Source: Macrostomum lignano (Eukaryota). Taken from it: a DNA stretch of 64,000 nt. A program made the position numbers and the translations under genes. The notes under the pieces were generated by a model. The model saw only the letters and a program-made list of their open reading frames with translations. It searched no databases and was not told where the DNA came from. Position 1 is the stretch's first letter; each line of letters opens with the position of its first letter. This document shows positions 11,888-50,400 of this stretch, one piece after another. The stretch covers positions 80,484 through 144,483 of the forward strand of contig NIVC01000244.1 in assembly GCA_002269645.1 (NCBI GenBank), given 5' to 3'.

Positions 11888-13509
11888 TTACGCATAAGAA
11901 ATATTCGTTCTGGGTGTGACGCATGATATTTGCAGCTACGGTATGGAATTTGCCACTGACACAACAATTAGCGAACTACGCTTATTCATTGAAGTGTTTC
12001 TAACAATCAGTCGATTCTAAAATTATGTACTCAAAAAGTAATAGGCCGTATCAAACTCTGAGTAAAAGGAACAGTTCGAACTCGAGTAAAAACCCTTTAG
12101 TTTGAGCAAAACTCAAGATCGGTTTGATTGAATAAAGAATTGGTTCAAACTCGGAGCTGTTAATCAACAATCTGAGCGGCTGAATCAATCGTGATTTGAG
12201 TTATGACATAGACATAGCATAGCCAGAGTCAGCCAGAGTCATAAACATTCAGTGCTGGCTCCATGCCAATTCTCTTAACAATTTGCCTGGCCTTATGAGG
12301 TAAAAGTGAAAACTCGTTTCCACTCCAGAGTGCTAATTATAGAACTCCTTGATGCAGACAAGAGTTTCTATTCGAGTTTGAGCAACTGGTCACTTTATTT
12401 ATACGACCTAGTAGAGTTGGAGGGTATTTAGAACAGTCACCATGTAGAGAAAACAACATCTAAATTGCAGTGCAGGCGCGAATTTTGATAAATAAAATAT
12501 TAAATAATAGTGCAAATCTACCACTAATACTACTATACCAGTATAGCAGTAATATTCGACTTTAACTTTGTAAGCTTGCGTTGGTTTTTTATCAACTTCC
12601 TTGAAAACTTGATTAAGCTTTAGTAGTGGTACTTCGTGCTCAATGCTACTTTGATCAAAGCGTGCTTATAAAATATAAAATATAGTTAGCAAACGCTGTT
12701 TGCAGTGCTTGAAACCAACATGAGTCCTTCTCAATGTTTTTCTCTGGCTCTATTAAGTGGTAATTTTGGTCTTAATTTTCTGTTTTTCTCAAGCCACTGC
12801 GGCTAGCCATCTCGTTTTTTAGTAACACCATGAGCCTAGCAACTTTCACTCGAACTCTGTATTCTCCATCTCTCTCCCTATTCATTCGCGGTTATTAATT
12901 GATTTGGTGGTCAACTCTCGCCCATTCTCTCGCCAGCTCTGTCTGTCTTGCCTCTCCCTCTCTCCCCTTTCTCCCCTCTCTCCCCTTTCTCCCTCTCCCT
13001 CCCTCTATCCTTCCACAGGTACTAGAATAACTAGATGGGCCACTCAGCACGTTTGCGTGTAAGCTACTTTCAGTTCAGTAGTAAGTTAAACTGAAGCATT
13101 TTAATGTATTTTTAAAGCCAAGGCTCATTTATTAGCTTTACCCCCAGCTTAAAGCATCTAACCGCGCCTTTCCGCACTACCCCTCCCCCGCCCCGCCCCA
13201 ATTTTATTGCCTTTCTGGAATTCCAGCCTAAAGCTGCCATGTACATTTCAGTGGACTGGCTAATGTACATTATTGCTGACCAATTAGCAAGTTGTTTACG
13301 CCTGCAAGCTTGGGCTTCTAAACTTATCAAAGCCATTTCAGCTGCCTTTATTTTTATAAAATAGCTTATGTATTCTTCTTTGCTACTGAACTGTAAGTAG
13401 AAAGCTGTTTTACTAAGTATATGTGCCTGAATGGCCCATCCAGTTATTCCCAGTATCTGTGATCCTTCTGTCCTCTCTCCCCCCTCTCTCTCAGCCGGAC
13501 CGGGCAGGC

Positions 13510-40108
<26,599 letters not shown>

Positions 40109-41109
40109 AGTTTTGCTGGCGATGTGTTCTGGAGTCTTTTGTGTCAAGGAAGCAGCTTGCGTAGCCTGTGCTCCTGTCTGGTATTTATCCTCTTCAGCGC
40201 ATTCCACGGGAAGGGTGAAGCAGTGGCCAATAAGATTCGAGCTTTCTGCTCTAGGCACTACGAGCTACTTTTCTGTTATCTCAAAGCCGTGTTTGAGATC
40301 TGCCATCTGGCAGTCGACGAGTCGCGTCAGCTGCTGCACCTCCTGCCTGACTATCAGGCAGTACTACTCGTGCGCAGAAGAAGTGGCCAGCGATAGGTAG
40401 TCTGGACGGCCAAGGCGATTGAAGTGTCGCGTTGGAAACTCGCTCGTCGCCGATCTGGAAGACATGCAGCGAACAGCAGGCCTGCGTCAACTTGCTGTTT
40501 GAGTGAGTCCACGAGTCCACAATGCACTGCAAGATCCTCGTGGACATCAGAAACCAGAACTGCTGAATAGTTTTACAAAGAAATTGTCTTTCATCAGCGC
40601 AATAGGTAACAATTCTCCAAGAGTGCCATCCCAAATCTATGTATTGCTAATCACACGTCACACCTGAATCGAGCCTATATGGGTATTATCCTTACATGTA
40701 TATCTTATATTGTAGAACAAGAATTCCTGGATTCCGTGATGCACGGGTTGCAGGATTATGGTTTGCTGGAAATAAACAAAAATCTTTTTCGCTGCCATGC
40801 AATAACATATTTTTTATTATCCGGGCGTACCGGCCTTTTGTAAATCGACCTTGCTGATTAACTCAAAATACATCTCCCGCTCCTAATTCCTCAACACTTG
40901 ACCATCTGAGCACTCTACATGTACCCTTGAGCTGTTGGTCATCTGAGAAATTCCGCACAGACATCTATAACAAATCTGGCAATTAAATTTTGCGATATAT
41001 TTAGCGCAATATTACATGGATTTCTGATACAATACCAGTATACACTCAAGGACTGCTTAGGACTTCAGTGGTCCTTGTATACACTATACATGTACAAGCT
41101 GTATTTACT

Positions 41110-41660
41110 ACCGAGCTGAGCCTGCCGAGCGGCGAAACGATCTCAACCTGCCAAGACTTCCGCTACCTGGGCGCGCTGATCTTGATCTTGAATCCTGAAG
41201 ATATCATAACGGACCAAAAAGCACAAGCCTGGCGTGCTGCAGTCAAGATCAGCCCTATCTTCAGCTCCGAAGCGCCTGACGCCCTCAAGATCAAGCTTTT
41301 CCGCGCCACAGTCGAACCGATCCTGCTCTACGGACTGGAAGCCGTACCGGTGACCACCACCCGGGAAAACGCGGGAAAACGCACTAAACGGCATCTACCG
41401 GGCGCTTCTCCGCTACACACTCGGCATCCGATTCCCCGAGACCATCTCAAACCGCGATCTCGACGGGCGCACCGGCCTTCCGCCTCTCAGCGTTATCCTG
41501 CGGCGGCGGCGACAAACCCTCGCCGGCCACGTTCTGCGACGGCACGGTCGCGGGGAAGCCAATTCCCCCTCGCGATGGCGCTGCTTCACCCACCGCGAGA
41601 GCGGCTTCGACGTGGCCAAGGCCGTGCTGCCTCGCTAATCCAGACTCAGCGACCTTGACC
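41110..41660 (+). mobile_element. Degenerate LINE RT C-terminal fragment (frameshifted)
   Basis: LPSGETISTCQDFRYLGA...QAWRAAVKISPIFSSEAPDALKIKLFRATVEPILLYGLEA. Confidence 0.8.
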
Positions 41661-44600
41661 TGACCCCGAGTGACACTGCTCTATGCCCCTCTGAGAATTC
41701 TGTAACCCAATGCGTCTTCTCTATTTTTCTATTCTATTTTATTTACTACCAATGTATATTGATCCATTAAAATAAATATTCGTAAACCTTTTACAGTAAT
41801 TAATCATTTAAAGCTCTAGTATAAATAATTCAAGCAATAGATGCCTATTATGACTTCTGATTTCGGCCTTTTCTGCTTTTTTGCCGCATGGTTAATAACG
41901 AGTTTATCTGACCTTGACAGACTACTGGCCATAGATAGTACAGCCAAGACTCCGCTGTTACTTTGTTACTTTCAGCAAATATGTAACACTGTAATCATTT
42001 GAGCTGACTTGGGTTGAGGCGAACGGTAATCCTGTCCTGCATTTTCTAGAAAGTAGTTCTCACCTGCATCATTGTCTAAGAATAAGAAATTCGGTTTTAA
42101 ATGCACCCCTCGTAAAGTTTTCCATAACAGTTGTGCAAGAACAAATAAGGGATTTCCAACCAGTCATTACATAGAGGCAAATTGAAACCGTATTACTAAA
42201 TACCTACACGTCTCGTGTCTTAAATAGAAGTCTAATGAAAGAAGAGGCTTGTAGTCAGTGGCTGTGTCTATACGTGTGTCAATGTTGCGCTTGGTCTCTC
42301 GATTTCGGGCAGCTGTCGTTGTCATTTTTGTTGTTGCTTTTATATTGCTGTTGTTATTGTTATTCACAGGGGATCACAGCGAATACAGAAGGCCAAATAC
42401 CGAGGTACATGTAGTGACTGTTTTTGCTGTTGTTTTTCAACTGTGGATCCATCACGACCCATTCAAGTCAAGAACAGTAACTGAGTCCTAGCGCTCAATT
42501 CACTGTCTCGCAATACGAGTAGATATAGTCACCCCACAACCCTGCTTGTTTCCGAACGGGGGGGGGTAATGTCTAATTTACAATTCGTGCCGGTTTTTTG
42601 TTGTTTTGTACCATGCTTGGGCGCAACCTAGGGTTCGATTCAACCGGCCTTCTCTATGTCACTTCATCAAAAGCGTCCTTGAATAGTTTCAATAGCCATC
42701 TCAAGTCAAGTACTTGAAATTCAAACTTATTCTGCAAATACATAGCTTTTAATATTGTGTCACTGTGCGTAGTACAGCACCTATACTAAAAAAATTCAAC
42801 AAACTTTGCATGCATCGATTTTATATTTTAATTGCTTTCATTTTTTGTTACGAATTTATTCGGCTTAACTGCAAACCGCGAGGTATCGCATGGTACAAAG
42901 CATACATGCGCAACCTAGGGATTCCCCCGGCCGTTTCTATTGGCAACACACATGTAAGTCACGTGACTGCTCCCAGCCAATAGCGACTTACATGTAAATA
43001 TGTGATACGTAAAATGATACGTCCAGGACCACCGTGTTACGTAAAAAAGCTGCTCGGGACTGTATAATTAATTTTCAGCGCCATAGCCCATGTGTTTATA
43101 CACATGTGTTTTAACGCAGCCCCGTCACAATGTATACACGTGTATTTACGCTTAGGTATCCATGTAAATTAATCGTATACATGTAATGTACTGTTCACAA
43201 TTGTATAATAGTCGACTGATCTGCAGGGCTCTTATATCGCCTTACCTATACATGTATATGCATTATACATTATGAAATGGATGATGAAGTCATAATTCAG
43301 GGATCACGTGGTTGGATATAGATAGACAGTCGCGCGTGGTGAACAACGTACATGTACCGCGGTCCCATTTGGTCAACAATAGCATAACCCGGATTTTTAT
43401 CTGAGGGATCGCGAGCCAAGATCAGTCATAGCACTCCTCATAGTCAATGTCACTGTGACATAATCAAGCTCCAGGGTATTTTTCAGTGAGGCAAGAATCA
43501 CTGAATAAAATGACTTAGCGCCACAGGCTAGGCGAGGGGTTTATAGCTTTTAAGTCGTGTGTTCTTCGTGTATCGATGATCACCTTAATTTAATTTTGCT
43601 GACAATTAAAAAAGCAATATTCTAAATTTCAATAGTCGGGTCTCTGTGGGCTATGAACCCCATGACCCTCTTTGGCTACGCCCAATGGCGGTTCAGGACC
43701 ACACCACTGAGTATACGTTATCGCCTAAATACATGTAAGTACATGTAGTAGAACTGCACTAGTATAAATGTCACTTCAAAATAGCGTCCTTGAATACGAG
43801 TAGTTTCAGTAGCCATCTAAAGTCAATTACTTGAAATTCAAACTTTTTTGCATGTGTGTTAATATTATGTGCGTAGTAAAGCGCCTACTATAAATTCAAC
43901 AAATTTTGCATGCATTGATTTGATATTTTAATTTTATTTCTTTTGTTACGAATTTATACGGCTCAACTGCAAAACTAATTTTGACATAAAATGATAACGA
44001 AAAGGCTTAAGCATTCAAAATTCTTAACTTTAACTAAAAGCTACTATTGTGCTTATCTTTTGTTTTTTAGTTATTTAAAACTTTTTAAAATACGGTTTTC
44101 ACAGAAAACATCAACAAAACTATGATCTTCCAACGACTATGCAAGACATAATCACATAAGTGAATCATCTAAGACTCTAAGAGTGAATAAAGAGGCGTAA
44201 TGTGATACCTTTACCCGATAAAAATCATTTTTAAGTAAATTTTTCTTCTCCATATACATACGTAAGTAATAATCTCCAGCCCACTATCATATCATATAGG
44301 CATATGGCCTATAGCCTAGATATAGATAGATACCGTATAGCGGCTTTAAGGAAAAAGACACTGATCGTTGATGTATGACTATAAGTGCTGTATATAGCTG
44401 GACTGACAGGTAAAGGCCTACAACTGACCCTAAAATATTATTATTTAATTTTTGACTCAAATGTCACCTGGTCCTGACTCCTGAGCAGACATGTCACTGC
44501 ATTTCTGGTGCCAAATTTAAACCTAGGTTACACTTCTTAGTTAAATTCAACTGAGAATGAATGTAAAATCCATAATAGATGCTAAAAAGTGTACTATTCT

Positions 44601-44829
44601 ACTACAATAATGTGCAATAAATGTTAGGCTAGGTCTATTTTCTCCATATAATGTACATTTAAATTCTAAGTTAAGTTTAAATATTTTGATTTTGGAGCTA
44701 GTAAAATGGTATATAATAATAGTATAGACAAGATATAGTAGTTAGAGATATATTTACTATGAATATAAATAACTATTTTTATGACTTATATTTGTAATTA
44801 TATAATATAACTATGCCCTAGTAGCCCGG

Positions 44830-45476
44830 CCCCTAGATTTTGGTGACATTTTGGTGATAGTCTTTTTGGTGACAAGCAATTGTCATTTTAGTGACAAGAA
44901 AAATACCATTTTAGTGATAGCCATTCTGTTTTTAAATAGAAAATAACCTTGCAAATCTTAAGGGATATTAAACCTAAAAATGTAAAAATTTTTTGAAATG
45001 GTTAAATATTGCTTTATTTAATTTTGTTTATTTACAATTACAGGGTTGCAATCTTTTGAATTTATGTTTTCCAATCCAAATAATACAGTGTCCAGTGAAT
45101 ATCTCTGCTTTTCTTATGGTTGACATTTCATAAGGATTTATAGGTTTATAGTATAGTTTATGTCTAAATATTCTAAGACAATTTAAAACAATCTGCTCAA
45201 AAATAAAACAATCTAATTGGTTTGATTTCTTTTCTTAAAATATTAATCTTTTGGCAAAAAATTTAAATATATATACAAGCATAAATCTTAACAATATAAC
45301 TTCAAGCTAATATTATAAAGCACCTGTTATCACTAAAATAAATATACTCTTAAAATCTTTATTTTTTCATCAAAAATGAAGTGGTCTATTACAAAAGCAA
45401 CTTGTCACCAAAATGACTATTTGTCACCAAAATGTCTGTCACCAAAATGACTTGTCACCAAAACAACTAGTATCCT
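44830..45476. mobile_element. Degenerate foldback element with inverted arrays of TTTTGGTGAC
   Basis: TTTTGGTGAC(A) repeats at 44837-44920 and TGTCACCAAAA repeats at 45400-45465; AT-rich interior. Confidence 0.6.
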
Positions 45477-47135
45477 ATGCCCAATGGCTAAAGAAATATA
45501 AAAGTTTAATGCTTTTTTATAGACTTATAGCTATAACTATATCAATATTTTTATATTGAATTGTTAAGCTAAATAAAATAAAACAAAATTATTTTAATAA
45601 TAGTATAAATCAATAAAGACAAGTAAATAATAGCATAATAATTAAAATAGAATTAAAGTTTTGCTTACAATCATATTTACAATGACTTATAAACCCTAGA
45701 AAATAGCTTATCTATATTATTCTTGTTAAGTAATTTATTAATCCTTATTACTCAAATTTAAAATGATATTTTTTAATTTAATATTGATATTTTTAATGTT
45801 TTTGCATTATATTATTTTTAATAATAAATATATATAAGTTAAATTCAGTAAAAACTTTGGCCTTGGGTTTAGGATTTAAACTTATATTCTATAATCCTAT
45901 GATTTAAGGATTATAATTAGGTTTTTTATACTTCTAATTGTAAAGGTTTATTATTAATATAAATTTCTTAAAATATAATGTTGAATGGTTATTTGTCACT
46001 TTAAGTGATTTCCCACTTAATGAAATTTTTCTTTTTGGCAATAAGTAATATTTAATTTGACAATAATGCTACTTGATTAAAAGCGTGTTTTCTGCAAAAG
46101 GTGCTTTAGGTATTTATTTATTAATTTTTTTGCAAAAAGTATACTTCTCATTAAAATAGGATTTTTGCTAAGTAAAATACTAGTTGTTAAGTGAAAATAT
46201 TCATTGTTGTTAACATCAAATCTTTATGCATTAACTTTTTTTGTTAATAAAATCCTAATTGATATATTGTCATAAATTTTATAACTACCTAGCAATTTAT
46301 GCTAGAAACTAGAGACTAAGCATGACAACATCAAAAGTGGCTAGTAACCTAGTGCTCTAGCATGCCTCTTATGTGCTAGTAGCCTTGGCTCAATTCAAAG
46401 TGCAATCAAATTACTTTTGAAGCTAAATTGGAATTTTGGCTTAGGTCTAATTGCTTATATTAATTAGTTATTAATTAGTTATAATTAATGCCTTTGAAAG
46501 CCAAGTTAGCTTAGCTATAAAAGCTAAGAAATACAACTCCCAAGACTTGTATATGCCTTAAAAATATAGTGAAGGTTGCTATACATTCCTTTGTGTGTGC
46601 CTACTCAAGGGAGTTAGTAGAATATATAGTAATGCCTTTTGCCAGTTGTGTAACAATGATGTTTGAAGTATGCTAAGGTATATACAATCTCCTTGCTGTT
46701 TAAAACAATTCAGTGAAAATCCCAAACAAAAAAAATGATTGGTAAATCTTAAATTTTCCCATATATATATTAAAATGAAAAATATTAAATCCATATACTT
46801 AAAATGAGTTGTTTGTATGTGTCTCTTGTATCTATTCTTCTATGTGTAGAAATTTAAATCGCTAATGAAACCTTGGTTTGACCAATCTGGTATCAGAGGC
46901 TAAGTACAATTTTTCATGGCAGTTGCCAAATTCAAATTTAGTTTAATATTTAATTTATAGTTTCCTAAGCAACAACAAGTTCAACGTTCAGTTATATGAT
47001 TTTTTCACTGCCATAATTGCTGATCTGAGCACAAATTCTCCAGATCAAACTCTTGGGGATGCTCACGGAGCTGCGGTTGCTTGCAGACTTGGAGAAGAGC
47101 AAACGCAGAAGCGGCAGCAGATTCTGCAGCAATCA

Positions 47136-47453
47136 ATGAAAGTGACGGTGAGCTTCGGTTCCACAAAGCTGGTGGTGCCATGCGGCGCCGGCGAGATCAC
47201 CATACGCGATCTGGTTGCCAAGGCAACCAGTCGATTCAGATCAGCTGCCGCGGCGGCGGCGTCTTCATCATCAAACTCGACCTCTTCTCCAGCTGCCGGG
47301 GTAGCCACCGCACCACCGACTGATGCTGGCGATGGCACCGCCGCCACCTTGGCTGAGCCGCCGTTTACCGTCACCTGCGTGACTCTGGCCAGGGATGGCG
47401 GAATTCTTGACTGGGACGACCGGGTTGCCGATGTTCTGGACGATCGAGAAATG
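47136..47453 (+). CDS. pard3: Par-3 exon 1 (N-terminal domain)
   Basis: 318 nt; ATG|GTGAGT donor. Confidence 0.93.
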
Positions 47454-50400
47454 GTGAGTTGGGTCAACAGCGTAGTGCAATCTCTCATAGAGAAAGTGCA
47501 ATCTCCCATAGAGAAAGTGCAATCTCTCATAGAGAAAGTGCAATCTCTCATAGAGAAAGTGCAATCTCCCATAGAGAAAGTGCAATCTCTCATAGAGAAA
47601 GTGCAATCTCTCATAGAGAAAGTGCAATCTCCCATAGAGAAATTGCAATCTCTCATAGAGAAAGTGCAATCTCCCATAGAAAAAGTGCAATCTCCCATTG
47701 ATAAAGTGCAGTCTCCCTGAATGACTTAAATCAATATTTCCTGTGCAGCTCATCGCCCAGACGCGGCCAGCATCGTCCGAGGCGTCTACAGCTGATGGCA
47801 CAGACGATCTGCTTCTGACGGAGTTTCAGCAGCAGCATCAGCTGCATCATCCGTCTCTTCTGCCGCCTCCGCCTGCGGATTTTCTGCCTACACTGCCCGA
47901 GTCGGACGGCGAGGCTGAGCGATACGATTCTCCCCCTGGCGAGGCTGAACTCGAATCGGACGATGCTCAAGAGTTTGAGTCGGCCAGTTATCTGATTCGC
48001 ATCTCTATTGACCGGGCATCGGCCGGCGCTGCTAGGAATGCGGTCGGCATGACAACAAAACCGTTTTTAGATCGCAGTCAACGAACTGCAGGCCTAGAAA
48101 TTCAGGCCCTGGGTGCCGGCGGTTCGGCTGCCAAGGACGGCCGATTGAGACCGGGCGATCGAATTGTGGAAATCAATGGCAACTCTTTGTTGGGCGTGTC
48201 ATTCCAACAGTGAGTCTGCTGGCTGGGTTGGGTTGGGCTAGTTAGAGTAGTACTTAACTGTACCTAGGCCTGTGACCGCGAGTCTAGGGTCACCGGTGTG
48301 ACCTTGCATTGTGACCGTATTGTCTAGGGTCATCGGTGTGACCTTGCATTGTGACCGTATTGTCTAGGGTCATCGGTGTGACCTTGCATTGTGACCGTAT
48401 TGTCTATGGTCACCGGTGTGACCTTGCATTGTGACCGTATTGTCTATGGTCACCGGGGTGACCTTGCATTGTGACCGTATTGTCTAGGGTCACCGGTGTG
48501 ACCTTGCATTGTGACCGTATTGTCTATGGTCACCGGTGTGACCTTGCATTGTGACCGTATTGTCTAGGGTCACCGGTGTGACCTTGCATTGTGACCGTAT
48601 TGTCTATGGTCACCGGGGTGACCTTGCATTGTGACCGTATTGTCTATGGTCACCGGTGTGACCTTGCATTGTGACCGTATTGTCTAGGGTCACCGGTGTG
48701 ACCTTGCATTGTGACCGTATTGTCTATGGTCACCGGGGTGACCTTGCATTGTGACCGTATTGTCTATGGTCACCGGTGTGACCTTGCATTGTGACCGTAT
48801 TGTCTATGGTCACCGGTGTGACCTTGCATTGTGACCGTATTGTCTAGGGTCATCGGTGTGACCTTGCATTGTGACCGTATTGTCTAGGGTCACCGGTGTG
48901 ACCTTGCATTGTGACCGTATTGTCTATGGTCACCGGGGTGACCTTGCATTGTGACCGTATTGTCTAGGGTCACCGGTGTGACCTTGCATTGTGACCGTAT
49001 TGTCTATGGTCACCGGGGTGACCTTGCATTGTGGCCGTATTGTCTATGGTCACCGGTGTGACCTTGCATTGTGACCGTATTGTCTATGGTCACCGGTGTG
49101 ACCTTGCATTGTGACCGTATTGTCTAGGGTCATCGGTGTGACCTTGCATTGTGACCGTATTGTCTAGGGTCATCGGTGTGACCTTGCATTGTGACCGTAT
49201 TGTCTATGGTCACTGGTGTGACTGTAAATTGTGGCCGTTTTTTTTTATTTATATAGGTAAAATTTAAAGAAAAAACTAGGCAGGTACATGCGTGAAACTC
49301 AAACCGCCCCAACAGAGCTCAGGAATTGTTGCGCGAAGCGGTGCAAGAGTTGCGCTTAGATCTGCGCATTCTCAAACAGCAGCAGCAACCGCAGGAGCAA
49401 CTATGCCGCAATCTAGACGAAATTGCTCGAGCTCACACTCAGTCGATTATGATGCAGCAGCCAGAAAACTCTGAAAGATCCGACTCACCTGTGCTAGTTG
49501 CACCGCCACCGCCGCCCCCGCCGCCGCCTCCGCCTCCACCGTATGTGCCTATTAGTAATACTAAAACTGTCGTTAAGGCTGCTGCCACCGCTGCGGCACC
49601 TCCGTCTTCTTCGTCCCCGCCGCCGCCGCCGCCGCCTCCGGCAGTGCAGTTGAAGCCATCGACTCCGCCTCGATCGCCATCGCCGCCTCCAGTTATGCCT
49701 AGACTGCGGAAACCGTTGTTAAATAATAATCGGCGCCCTGCTGTCGATCCCGCCCCCGCATCCGCCCCCGCATCCGGCCCGACCGACGGCACTGCGGATG
49801 ATGACTCTATTGTGCACACTTTCACTATCGATATACGCAAATCAGCCGACGGATTGGGCTTCTCTGTTACAGCTAAAGAGTCGCAGGATAATAGCAATGG
49901 GATCTATGTGAAGAATGTTCTAGGCAAAGGTTCGGCTGTTAAGGACGGCAGGCTGAAGGCTGGCGATCAGCTGCTAGAGGTGGACGGATTTAAACTGACT
50001 GGCCAGACTCAAGCGGACGCTGTTAGTCTGTTGCGCGCTATACCTGTTGGCGCCACCGTCAAGATGCTGGTGTCTCGGGTGGGCGGCCAGCCGCCGCCGC
50101 CGCCACCGCAGCCGCCGCCTGCACCAGTCATTAACCATCTTGGTCAGGGCGGCGTTGAGGTTAATTGTTAATTCATTTATTAAATATGTTCTGCATATAT
50201 TTGCTCGGGGAGCGGCTCTCGCTCATGAGGGCCAAGCCCGAAGGCTTGGGGTGCAGCTCTTTTACACGTACTATTTCTATTGTAATTCTATCATTACAAA
50301 TGCTGAATATTCTGTGCTAGTCAACAGTATTTGAACTGACCATACAAATTGAATGACGGCATTTTAAAAAGAATGCAGACGCTGACAGAAAAAAATAGAT

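Noticed and set aside
40281-40634. Coding-like GC-rich stretch upstream of gene A
   Set aside because: Stops in the plausible frames, no recognisable domain and no consistent splice sites.
43900-46950. Mitochondrial insertion or AT-rich foreign DNA
   Set aside because: No mitochondrial gene, rRNA or tRNA motif is recognisable; best treated as AT-rich intergenic DNA upstream of Par-3.
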